A stretch of DNA of 52,017 nucleotides from Rozella allomycis CSF55. Lineage: Eukaryota. The notes under the pieces are model-generated. The model was not told the DNA's origin and did no database searches. It saw nothing but the letters and a program-made list of their open reading frames with translations. Where the stretch lies: positions 1 to 52,017 of the forward strand of contig KE561021.1 of assembly GCA_000442015.1 (NCBI GenBank), given 5' to 3'. How positions within the stretch are numbered: position 1 is the stretch's first letter; every line of letters begins with the position of its first letter. Below are positions 34,245-46,548 of the stretch, in pieces. A program made the translations under genes and the position numbers.

Positions 34245-35256
34245 ATGTTTTTCATACTTTTCGCTTTCCTCCTTTTGCAAATCCTGTGTACTCCCAACAG
34301 CGAGCATACCATAAACAACGCTTTAATATCATCAATATTTACAAACTATGGTAAGATATCTGGTGTGAATTTACAGAAAATGTGTTATCGCCACAGCGAA
34401 TGTTGGTTCAAAAAGAGTCTCTGAAAAATTTGCAGAGTGATCTGAATTTCAAGTCGATTAGAGGCCATGTGTCGAGTATAGTGATGGTATCGCGTGTTGT
34501 GCAAACGGAGATTGGATTGAAGCAGCTGTTGGATAAGATGGATGCGATGTGGAGTATAGGAAGTTCCAAGCTGACGATAAGTGTGCTTAATCTTGAGAAT
34601 AGTAAATGGTTGATGAGTGTGAGACACTAGTTGCGGATGCTATGAAAAATCATTATTATTATGGAGATGTTTCTGTCAAGGAAGTGGATGACACGTTTAT
34701 AGAGTTTTTTGGGATGACGAGGGACCATTTGAATGATCTGGCGAGTGAGATTGTAGAGGTTAGGACGAGTGCGAGTAGATTGAAGAAGAATATGGTTAGT
34801 GTTGTGGAGGATTTGGAGAAGAGTTTGTCTGGGAATAAGGAGAAGAGTAGTTTTAAGGGGCTTGTGGATAAAATGAGTGCAATGAGGTTGATGGATAGAT
34901 GTTTTAAAAAGAAGCATGAGAGTAGAGATGTGGCTAGAGAGTTTATGGAAAATAATGGTGGGCTGACAATGCGCGAATATAACGAGTTGGCTTTAGATGA
35001 AAATAGTGGTTCTAAAAACAAGAAGAATAAGAGTATAAATAATGAAGGGGTTTTGAAAGAAATAGAAGCGATGAAAACAGGGATTCAAACTATAAATGAA
35101 TTTGCCGAGTATCTTGGTTATATAGTTAGAGTGTTGACTAATGTGATTGATGACTGGATAGATTTTTTTAATCTAGAGGATGTTGAGTTGATGATTGATG
35201 TGATGGCTAGTATGAAATTTATGCTACAAAAGATATTCACATCACTTCAACTATAA
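34245..35256 (+). CDS. Secreted helical family member 8 (tandem paralog of the 32721 gene)
   Basis: Signal peptide MFFILFAFLLLQILCTP, the same two intron positions, and near-colinear protein (MKNHYYYG, VIDDWI, DVMASMKFMLQ). Confidence 0.82.
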
Positions 35257-35546
35257 AGGAGATAGAAAAATAAAAGAACTATAAAAAACAAATAGAAAAT
35301 AATAAATAAATAATTCAATATAAAACTTTAAACTAAGTACTTTAAACTATTTCACTTTAAACTATAAACTTGTCATTTTCTTTAATTGTTTATTTTGTTT
35401 TCAATTTGCCNTTCACTTCAACTATAGAGTCATAGAATAACTATAAAAAACAAATAGAAAATAATAAATAAATAATCAACATAAAACTTTAAACTAAATA
35501 CTTAAAAATTATTACTAAAACTTATACTATAAACTTGTCATTTTCT

Positions 35547-38500
35547 TTAATTGTTTATTTTGTTTTCAATTTGCCTAAACCTGTTCATCAACGGCTGATT
35601 ATTAATAGAAGACAGAGCAACAATAAACTTTGACAGATCAACAGCTGAATTTTCTTGGAGATGATTTTCGAGCAAGAATAGAATTTCCTGTAATAAAAAG
35701 AGCAAACCATTTGGCGTGTTCCATGGATGTGATTTGTTAACAAAGAGAGAATTTAGTTCGTTGAATAGAATTTGGAATGGAATTGGAATTTTCAAGAGAC
35801 AATTAACGCACCAGCCGGATTGGTTTAGAGAGAATGAAAATTTGAGAATGAGATTTAAGAGATCGGATAGAGGGAATACTATTGAAGGATAGAATTGTTT
35901 ACCCAAAGAAACCAACTTTGATTCTAGTGATATTAGAGAATTAGTAGTAATAGAAGTATTAGAAGTATTAGAAGGGTTATAACCATTAGAACCATTACTA
36001 TTAGACATATTACAACTAGAAATGATGTCGTTGTACATTGAAATGATTAAAGACTTGTCAGAATAGTTTGAACATTTAAGAATAGAAAAACAAGAGAAAT
36101 AGAGATTTAAAGGTTTAGCATAATAATTGAATAGATGAGATAAATCTAATAGTTTGAATTTTAGAATTTCATTTGGGACTAGATTCTGTTGATCCATTTC
36201 ATTTAATAGATTTAACTGAATCAAAGCAACATCCAATTGATCTTGAATCAAATCAATTGAAATAATTTTTATTAAAGAACAACTTTTAGCATTAGCTAAT
36301 GAAAGTGTTAAATATTCAATTCTCTTTTCTATTGGAATTTGAATTCTAAATTAAAACATTAAATAGAAATTACTCTTCGTTTGTTCCAATTGAATAGCAA
36401 GTTAAAGAAGCTTTATCAAATATTTCATTGTGAACGTAATACTTCCACAACAAATCATAATCTTCAGCTATTTTGGGATTGTTCATTCTATTCTTTAATA
36501 CTTCTTCAACAAACAAACTTTTCATTTGAATAATCAAATTGAATTTCTTTACAAAAGCAAAATAGTCAATCAATCTCTCATGAAACAATTTATCATTTGA
36601 TTTCATAGCAATCTGCAAGCAAGTCATCAGTAGAGAGTCAAGTGATTCACTAGTTAAACTATGCAGTTGACCCTCTACACTACTCAAAGCACTACTTTCA
36701 CCTCTAACCCCATTATCACCTCTAACTCCTTTGTCAACTTTGTCACCTTTATCACATTCAAAATCACCTTCAAAGAGGGAAATACAAATTTCATAAATTT
36801 CATTCCTCTCAATTTGATTTAATTCAACATTCTCCAAACTCAACAAGATCAATTTAATCGCATATTGATGACATTTCAATCTCTTGTATTCTTCACAAAT
36901 TAATTTCAATCTATTAATAGAAATAGACTTAGCCACTTTAACAAACAATTTAAATGAATCTATAATAGAATTCTTATTTAAAGATTCAGAAGCCTTGTAC
37001 ATTAAATAATCATCTGTTGTGAAATACAATGAACAATTCTCTCTCAATGTTTCTAATAATGATTCAATGTTTATTTCTTGTTTAATATGTTTATTTATTA
37101 AATTTCCAATCAATTCTTTCATCAAATCTATTTTTCCAATTAAATCTAAAATCAAAATCTTTTCATTAAAATTCTTCATCAATTCTTTCAAATTAAAATC
37201 TAATAAAATTATTATCAAATTTATTATTTCTATAAAATAATTTACAAAACTTTTAATCTCTTTCATCTTTATTAATTCTCTCTTTATTGCTTCTTCAATC
37301 TCTGCATCTATAAATTGAATTGATTTCATATTCTCCATTTCATATCTCTTCACTATCTCAGACTCTTCAATAAAGTTTTTAATCTGAATCATATTCTGTT
37401 TAATCACTTGCAACAATACAAAATTATCTTCTCTTTCATTCAACAAACTCAAATCTTTCAATGTTTTATCATTCAATGGTTTTATTATTCTCCCAACCAA
37501 CAAATTCAATCCATTAAACAATCCTGAATAAACTATAGAAGTATTATAAGGATTTAAAGGGTTTGAAATAGTATTAAAAGAAGGGTTAAACGTTGTAGAA
37601 GGGTTGAAAGTAGACGTAGACGGGTTAAACGTTGTAGAAGTATTTGTTGCACTAGAAGTCTCATTCTTTACAAGGGTTGGAATGCCAGAATATTTATACA
37701 AACAATACAAACTCGCTTGCTTTATATTACTCTCTAATTGACTCAAAATCATTTCTTGATTAAATGACTGGAATGGACTAGACGATAATATCAAACTAGT
37801 ACACGCTATTTCATCCCTCTCGAAACTCTCATAAAATATTTTTAATTGTTCTGTCTCTTTCCCATTACTTTCCCTCAATATCTTTATCATCAAATCAACT
37901 GGTCTATTCTTTTCTATTATTTGAATCCCTTTCAATGTGATGTGAATTTATTTACCTAATTCAAAACTTTTACTTTTTAATTACCTGAATTGGACATTAC
38001 TAAAAATCTTCTCCTTTTGCTTCTAAATTGATTCAAAAATTCATTATTTCTATTCTCCTCCCTCTTCTCTTTTCTATTCTTCAACTCACAAACACTCCAC
38101 GTCTTTCCCTGCAAATTATTAATCATAGACTTTTCAATTCCCACACTCCCATTCTCCTTCACTACACCTCCCTTGCCTCTACTCAACAAATTGCTATTCG
38201 GGCAAACCATCCACATCAAATCTTCACTCTCAATTCCACTCCCACTAGCTGCTAGAAAACACCCCTCTGAATAGAAACTCAAATGATACGAATTCCTCAA
38301 CACCGGCGATACCATCAAATTATTCATCCTAAACTCATTGCCTATCCTCACATGAATCATCTTCACTTGCATATTATTATCAACCCCAAAATACATCCTT
38401 ATCCCATTGCTCAAACAAACAAAAAAATTAACCCTCTCACTCTCACTTCTCTTAATCCCATGCACCCCGATCACCTGCAAATTCTCTCCTTCAAACACAC

Positions 38501-39447
38501 TCCCATTCCTTCCTACCATCATCTTCCCCTGGTAAACCATAAAACTAAAATCTATCGTCTCCAAATGCTTAAAATCTCTTCCATCCAATCCCATATAATA
38601 CACACTCACATTAGACTTTTCACTCAACGTATACACCATATTCCTCGTATCATCAACAACCACACTCATCAACGCATCTATACTCCCAAACGGATTCAAT
38701 ATCGACGCATACTGGCTAATAATCCCTCTACTCTTCACCACCTTCGAACACCGTCTCTTAAACCATCCCTCTTTACTCTATCTACACAAACCAACCCCCT
38801 TACCTGGTAATTCAACTCGTACAAATTTCCATCACTCCCACTCATAAACACCCTCCCCTCCTCACTCGCTCCAATACTCAATATCCTCACATCATCCGTA
38901 GGCACACTCAGCCCAGTATTATAAAACACCACATCCCCACCACTCACTGCTATCCCCAACACACTCACCTCGACTGCTGTAGCAACAACCATTATATACT
39001 CAATCTGCTTCACAAACACACCCTTCTTTGGTCGCGCCAGCCCTACACATCCAATAATCTGGTCAAACTCATCATAACTCACAAACGACCTATATCACCC
39101 ACACAAATACATTACCCATCCTCATAGTTCCAGATAAACAACCTATTATCTATAGTCAACCACGCTCGATTCAACTCTTCAAACAACCCCATAAAACACT
39201 TGCTCTCAATCGTATCATACAACTGGAATAAACTATCAGGCAACGGTATAAATTTTTTCAACGTATAAATTCCCTGCTCATTCACATACTCGCTACTACT
39301 AGGACCTGTCACACTTGGCATCGTATTTTTACTCGAAAATAGATCCCATAAATCAGGATACTCAATCTCCCGCTGCCGGCAGTAGCTCAGAATATTGTTC
39401 ACCGTTTGCTCATTCGTTGCTGAAATGTTTCTTGCTTCTCCTAACAT
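35547..39447 (-). CDS. NUP170: Nucleoporin Nup170/Nup155, multi-exon
   Basis: MGLFEELNRAWLTIDNRLFIWNYEDG, VGLARPKKGVF, GRVFMSGSDGNLYELNYQ, DDTRNMVYTLS, DLLWKYY and LFNYYAKP. Confidence 0.93.
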
Positions 39448-39555
39448 TCCCAAATTTACAAACCAGGGTCTACAAAACAAGATAGTTCATGAAACAGTTA
39501 CATAAGAAATATAATGATAAAATTGATTTCTACATAATTTTATAGTATATCAAGT

Positions 39556-42500
39556 TTATTTTAATCCCTTAATCACAAAAGCAACAGGCTTATCCTTGAT
39601 CTCAGCAGCCGGCAAATAAGCACCCAAACACGACACAACCAACGAAAACAATATCAAAACTACAAACAACGGCACATTCATATAAAACGCAAACGGCATT
39701 TCAGTAAACAAATTAAACTGCAGCGTCAATGCAATCGCAGTCACACATCCAATAACAAAGCCCTGGATAATACATGAAATAACTATAGTCACAGCCTCAT
39801 AAATATACAACTTCATCACCTGCCATCCATACAATCAGCCAAATTGATTATCATTACTTGTAAACCAATCGCTCGCAAAACACCAAATTCCCACACATTC
39901 TCACGAATATTCGCTGTAAACGACAGCCAAAGCACAAAAAAACAAAATATCATGCCGATAAACGAGACTAGTATGGAAAAGGATTAAATTTTACCAACGT
40001 AAAAGAACATCATTATTAAATCACTGGCAGTCTTTGTTGCTGCTATATCGGCTTTCAGGTTTACCACATTGAATGCATCGCTGTTGACTATCCCGTTAAT
40101 GTCATTCACAAGCCCTTCAATTTGGAAATCTGACACAGATTGCTTGACCTTTATAAACAAACGCGAATATGATATTTTTGTAGGCTTTTCGGGCATCATC
40201 AATCGGTCAGAGTACTCTAAAATCTTTTTATACATGTCCAGAGAAATAAATAACGGTGTTCTGTTTCTCACCAAACGTGAAATTGAGGGAAACCCAGATA
40301 ACTTTTTCAACAAGATTATTGGCAACGAGGGGATCTCATGGGTTATGTATTGACGATTCATGTCGCGAAAATAAAATATTAGGCGAACCATTGAATCTAC
40401 ACCAAAGTAATAGTTTTCATATAATGAATTTGAAATGGCTATTGGAACACCTGATAAATATGCCTTTGATGTGTTAGAAGGTAATCTGTTTTCATCATAA
40501 GGCGCGTATTGGCCAGAATATACGAGAGATGGCGGCTCTGTAAGTTCCAAGCTGAGATTGGTGTTGAGTGATGGCAAGAAATTTATCTTTCCAGAGCCAG
40601 TTGTTTGGAAATTTAGTTCAGGGCGTACCTTTTCAACCATGTAATACGAATTGAAACTTACATCCAAATAGTTTTCTTCCAAGGCCATGACTGAAACGGT
40701 CACTTCATTAAAGTATAGATTATCAATGATGGTAAGATCATCAAGGTTCTTTAAAGAGTTTAATGGGACTGTGGCAAAACTATAGTCTTCAACAATACAC
40801 CTTGAAGAATTGTTATATTTGACTAGAACAGTATTTAAATAGGATCTCAAAGCAGTATCAGGCAGGGGATTATTCATGGTCCCTCCAGTAACAACAATAT
40901 CTGCCCCAGCAAACCAAGATTGGTTATCTGATAGGGAATTCGCTTGCATAGTAAACATGGTAGCAGCAAATAAGACATATGCCAAACAGATGACAAACAT
41001 AAGAGATGTTTTTCTATTCCTAGGCCGATGGCTCTGTAAATTTTTCAAGACAACATCCTTGAGGATTCTATCGGATCCCCAATATAAAATAACTGAGAGT
41101 ATGCTTCTCTCTAAAAATGGTTGTATTGATGAAACCATTAAAATTTGGCCAATGACAAGACACAATAGAATTATGGTAAGAACTCTGAAAAACATGGACA
41201 GTAGGTTAAAAATAAATGACAGAGGTACAACATAGTATACCAGAATACCTATAACCACAAGAAACAAAGCGAATAATGTTTGTATTATAGAAACCCCAAT
41301 GTCTTGTAGGCGTTTAATGGATACAGTTGTGTCAAATACTACATTATGATATATGTCGAGAGCATCTCTCAGCGTTTTTGTTAAAGCACGCCTGACTGGA
41401 ATAATTGAGCCAACAAAAGGGAGAATTATACCCAAAGAAACACCAAGTATTAATGCGCCAAAAGTCAAGTATGGTCTTATCTCTGTAAATGTCATGTTGG
41501 ATAAAACATAACTTAGTGGTACATAAATTACATAGCAAATGTATATTCCTGTCAGAATGGCCGGCAGGGAAAAATAGAAAGATTGAATGGTTAAAAGACG
41601 AAGAAGATTATTTTTGTTCAGACCAAGAGTCCGTAACATTCCAAACTCAAAGGTCTTTTCTTGAATGTCGGCCAGCAATAGAGAATATATTAGTATTACT
41701 GCTAGCATTGACAAAACCACTACAACTGCGAATAGCACCTATTTAAATTATGCAAGGATCATACTTCATCTAAAAGAATGCTAATGAAGCTAGAGGTTTG
41801 GAGCGCGGTGTTTAAAGGAAGTGAAAATGTGGCATCAAAATCATCCCCAAGGCTTCCCACTATAGAGTTTGTTAATAAAATAAAGTCCTTTTTTCTCTCA
41901 GTAGTAGATTTCATATATGCAGATAGCCTGTCTTTGAATATAACGCATACAGACATTGCAAATTGCTACGAATTTGTTTATAAGCAGCCTTTTACGTCGA
42001 TTTCTAAGTTCTTAATTTCTGTATATAAGTTATTTAATATAGGTTCTAACAAGTTATTGCTTGAAAGAGATGATATAAACGAAATCATTATTTTCTTAAG
42101 AACAATTTTCTCAAACACAGCATAATTGCCTAGAGCAGTAGGAACCTTACTGTATGTTCCATCTAATGAACCGACCACTATCACAATTTTGTACGTTATT
42201 TACCAGTGAATGTGGAATTTACAATTAGTAGCCAAGGGTTTTCATCAATAGTTTGCAACAAATTTTGAATCAAAACCTTTGAATTAACAGTAACATTGAA
42301 TCTAGCTTAACTATACAATGAAATGGATAATTACATTGCGTGGAATTATCGATACCGATAATTCTTGTCAAGTTGGGAAACAAGCGTGTCGCATCAATCA
42401 AGTCACTAGCATCAATTGTTCGAGTGATATTTTGTTCAGGGATTATTGAATTCAAAAAGGAATCAAGATTATTTCTGGAATTGTTGGTAGAATTTGATAA

Positions 42501-43326
42501 AGGACCGGTTTGAATCCCATTATCCTTTGATTTATTATTTGTGATTAAATTTACCTGGAAGAGAGAATTCAGATCCACTGACATCTTGACCCTTTGCCCC
42601 ACATTTGGCTGAAGGTCAATTGCCCTCAAAGACGAGGATGACACCAAAATTTCGTCCTCTCCCAAAGTTTCAAAGGGCCATTCAACACCCAGACCGGCTT
42701 GGCGCTCTTTTTCACTATCCATAAATAGAAAAGCCATTGACACTCGATCAATTTTCATCTCTTTGGTTGGATTTGTTGACCTTTCGACGAAGTTATTATC
42801 TTTCTCAATTTCGCCATACAGAACCCATCTTGGACTAGAACCTTGCGCTCGTAACTTTGTAGCTTCTTCAATAAACGTAAAGTTTAAAAATGTTGAGAGG
42901 TCACTCGGAGTCATTAACTAGTATATTAGTGGGTCAACAATTTACCATATCTATTTGACCAACCGTTTGTTCTGCAATGTGCAAAAATATTATTGATGTA
43001 TTTGATAGGGCATTTTGTAAAAGTGTCAAAAATGTGACAACAAGTAGAACAGTTACGAACCCTATGGAAAAGGAGCTCTTGTCTTTTCTGTTAGAAGAGG
43101 CCGCATAGTTAAAAGGAAGCTTCCATTTTGCCCAGAATAGAGATATGGAGTTATAACAAAATGTTAAAATATTTGGCCAATCCTCCTTTTCAGAATAATT
43201 ATTGTTTAATTCAATCCTATATCTTTGTGGGCTTTCAGATTCCCTTGACGCAACTATTTTGTAATTTTCAGTGGAGGCGTCGACTTTGAGCTCTTTGGTA
43301 GGCATGCAAATTGGTGGCGTTGACAT
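39556..43326 (-). CDS. Large FtsX/MacB-family ABC permease-domain membrane protein (two FtsX modules), multi-exon
   Basis: Two FtsX-type signatures, QEKTFEFGMLRTLGL and ENVWEFGVLRAIGL. Each follows a TM helix and a large soluble loop, and each is followed by ~3 TM helices. KNLQSHRPRNRKT opens the second half. Start is 43326 or 43305. Confidence 0.8.
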
Positions 43327-43378
43327 CAAAGTTCAGTCCGTCTATTTTTACAAAGTACTTGATGATTACAATTACAAC

Positions 43379-43394
43379 GGGGATGTAGCTCAGA

Positions 43395-43427
<33 letters not shown>

Positions 43428-43451
43428 GGGGATCGATACCCCGCATCTCCA
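43379..43451 (+). tRNA. tRNA-Ala(AGC)
   Basis: Full cloverleaf GGGGATG..CATCTCC-A with G3:U70. Anticodon arm CGCGC TTAGCAT GCGCG. T-loop ATCGATA (A54, typical of eukaryotic tRNA-Ala). Followed by TTTT. Confidence 0.97.
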
Positions 43452-43585
43452 TTTTCTTTGTTTTTTGCATCATAACATTGAAATTGGCAAATATTATATT
43501 CTTTTTGATTCATTTTGGTTTTAATGCTCATTTTTGCATTTATAGTTGGCTAATCATACTGCGCCACATATAGTAACTACACGAA

Positions 43586-44266
43586 ATGGGACGAAAGAGC
43601 AAGAATAAACCTCTTCCATTACATAGAGTGGTGATGGTCGGTTCTGGAGGAGTCGGAAAATCTGCGTTAACTTTAAATTTTGTCTGCAATCAGTTTTTTG
43701 AAGAATACGATCCAACAAAGGTTGACGCTTACAGGAAAAAGGTTTCACTTGATGGTGTTGATTGTGAGATTGATATTCTAGATACTGCTGGTCAAGAAGA
43801 ATATGCTCCGGTATGAACTATGTCAATACGATAAAGTCAGATTAGAGACAATTACTTTAGATGTGGTGAAGGATTTATTTGTGTTTTTGATATTTGTGAA
43901 AGATCTACATTTGAAAATACAAAAGAGTTTCGTGAGCAGATCTGTAGAGTATTAGGGCATGACAACGTAATGCGTTTAGCCAATGATAATGTTTAGGCCC
44001 CTTTTATTTTGGTGGGAAATAAAATTGATTTGGAGCATATGAGAAAAGTAAGCAAGTCAGAAGCCGAAGCTAGGGCAAGAGAGTGGAATTGTAAGTACAT
44101 TGAAACTACTGCCAAAATAAAGGAAGATGAGAAAGAAGAAGATAGAAGCGTCTTCCAACTTTATATTACAGTCGCAAGAATGATCCGAGATTATAAACAG
44201 ACCCACCCTAAAAATGATTCATCAAAGTCATTGCTTTCATGTTTTAGAAGCTGTTTTGGTAAATAA
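43586..44266 (+). CDS. RAL: Ral-subfamily Ras GTPase, two 30-nt introns
   Basis: [19 protein letters not shown], effector loop [13 protein letters not shown] (Ral-type PTK-D), [29 protein letters not shown] and ETTAK. Confidence 0.85.
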
Positions 44267-44304
44267 ATTAAAAATGATCAGGATATGGAGTACTTTTTGT
44301 ATTT

Positions 44305-45128
44305 TTATTCATCATCAAAATCTTCTGTGTATTTGGTCGGCCTAAAAATTTCAGCGGTGTGATCCAAAGATTGCAAATTGGGATAATGCCTTTTTTCTTT
44401 GTGAAAATAATCTTTTTTTATGGGGTTTCTTAATATGTTGGGATACTCAATACTATTTTTTCTAAAAACAGTTTTCGGTACATTCTCATAGGCTCCCACT
44501 GATTCATCATCCTTATCTTGACTATTTTCATTCTTTGGTAGACTACGGGTACATTTTTTGTTCAAATATTTCTTTTCCTTATGTTTAATTGTGTTTATCG
44601 GCAAGCCTGAATACTCCGTCATGTATTCAGTGGTGAAATTTGGTAAATATTTATCAATCATTTTTTCAGCATATATTTTTTCCATCGGAGAGAGAAAAAT
44701 GCTAGTTCTTTGCAACTTTCTTTGTGCTTCTATCAACTTCTCCCGTATTCGTTCTTTTCTTTCTTTCTAAGCTTCTTAAATATGTAGATTACCATTTCAT
44801 CAGTCTTATCTTTTTCAGTTTCATTCGATTGAGTTTCTTTATGGTGTCTTGAAGACAAAAGTAATCGGTCGTTTAGATATTTTTCTTCCCTTTCCTCATC
44901 ATAGTCTTTGGTACCAATACATTCATCAAAAAACATCGGCTTTGTCTTAACCTCTTCTATTAGCAAAGTTTGGCATTCTTCATTTTTCAATTTTGTTCGA
45001 ATAATTTGTTCCCGATTATTTAGCTCTGCATTTTTTCGTATCTCATCTTTTTTTCTAGGGAATTTCCACGAAAAAGATCTCATATATTCGGTAGTATATC
45101 CAGGGACTGGCTTTATAAAGTCATCCAT
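44305..45128 (-). CDS. Hypothetical protein with TEY-type short repeats, MDM1/SAXO-like microtubule inner protein candidate
   Basis: YTTEYMRSFSWK, FTTEYMTEY and TKYTEDF. Two overlapping ORFs joined by a mini-intron. Confidence 0.45.
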
Positions 45129-45203
45129 AATGATCCTAGGTAACGTGGTAACGACTATTAGTCCGGCTATCCATAAAAAAATTCAAACTTTGAAATTTGA
45201 AAA

Positions 45204-46522
45204 TTAGGAAAATTTATTCAAAGTTGTTTCCAGTTGTGTTAAAAATGATTCTTGATGTAAAATCTGCTGTTGAGTGTACTCCAAAATCGCAGTTTTTAAA
45301 TCCAAATGCTTTTGCTTTTCATAGCGCACCAATTCTTTATTTAATGAATCTTGAATATCTTGAAACTTTTTCTGTGACGCCAAATACTTTTCTTCAGCCT
45401 AATACTATCTGGATTTAATTTGGCATTACATTTTTTAGCCCGATACTAACATTTTTGAGTTCTTTTTCAATTACAGGATTTTTGTGCTGTATATTTTCAC
45501 ACTTGCTTTTCATTTGTTTAAACTCTTTGAGGCGATTCATATATTCAACCAAGTAGTTTGTTCTGGTATTCAGGAGATCCTAGTAGACATCCCCTAAAAC
45601 TTTACTTTAATCAACGGAATTGTACGGCAGTAATCATGAATAACATCACCGAATACCATAGTTTCTTGAAAAGCCTATTTATTTGGGATTTGAACGAAGA
45701 ATATTACCTGATCATTCAGCAGGGACACCTGAGATTCAATGTAAAAGTTAAAAATGTCAATTTGACCTTCAAATCTAACTAGTTCTTTTGTGATTCTTTC
45801 AGCATCGCCAATGACTTGTTGTGACGATGCCACGGTTTGTATTTGTGGCAATAGCGTACTATAAAGTTGTGAAAATTCGATTGAAGATAAACTGTAATAT
45901 CTTACCTGCTTTTTGTTTCTCCATGATGTTGAATTGATCATGTAATGTTGCTAGCAAACTCTCCAGGTTCAAAACATAATTACACCTTTGTTGGAACTCG
46001 TCTTGAAAAATATCACTTTCACTATCCGGAGGCCTATATATTCTCAATCCCCTTTCATAATTTGATTTTATAAAACCATCTAGCATTGACAATGAAAAAT
46101 GATCTTTGAATTGCATGTCAAGGCTCGTAGAGGAACTCGATAAAAATGTTTTCACACAATCTAGAGTGTATATTCTTTTTCTACTAAATAATTTGTTTAA
46201 AAATCTTTCCATCTCTGCCCTTTTCCTTTCTAAAAACCCATTTTTCTTTAGATTGTGAGTATCAATAGGATCTGGTAATTGAAAGAGAATCCATTCACAT
46301 TGAGCTTTAAGTATTTCATGATGTAACCACTTTATTTGCTCGTATGTTCTTAAATACTCCTCATTGACAAACTTGACTTGGTACTCTGCGAATCCTATGT
46401 TTTTCATATTCATGATTATGCCATATTAAAAATATTACATTTCTTTGAAATAATAATCTATAGGTTATGCCTTTAGAATTTGATGTAGGGCCACAATCTG
46501 GAACTTTCACAACAGAAATCAT
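45204..46522 (-). CDS. Sorting nexin (PX + BAR-like), multi-exon
   Basis: PX pattern LRTYEQIKWLHHEI..LPDP..FLERKRAEMERFLNKL..TFL followed by a helical C-terminus. ATG at 46522, stop at 45204. Confidence 0.75.
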
Positions 46523-46548
46523 TTTTTGAAAATTCGCTTTACAATTTC

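Noticed and set aside
35235..35576. Duplicated 3' intergenic region between the 34245 gene and Nup170
   Set aside because: Centred on N35411. The copies look like two haplotypes.
39556..43326. Bacterial contamination or recent HGT as the source of the FtsX-like gene
   Set aside because: The gene has host-type mini-introns and host-like composition, and it is contiguous with Nup170 and a eukaryotic tRNA without N joins.
43268..43573. ORFs on both strands across the tRNA
   Set aside because: They overlap tRNA-Ala(AGC) and have no protein motifs.
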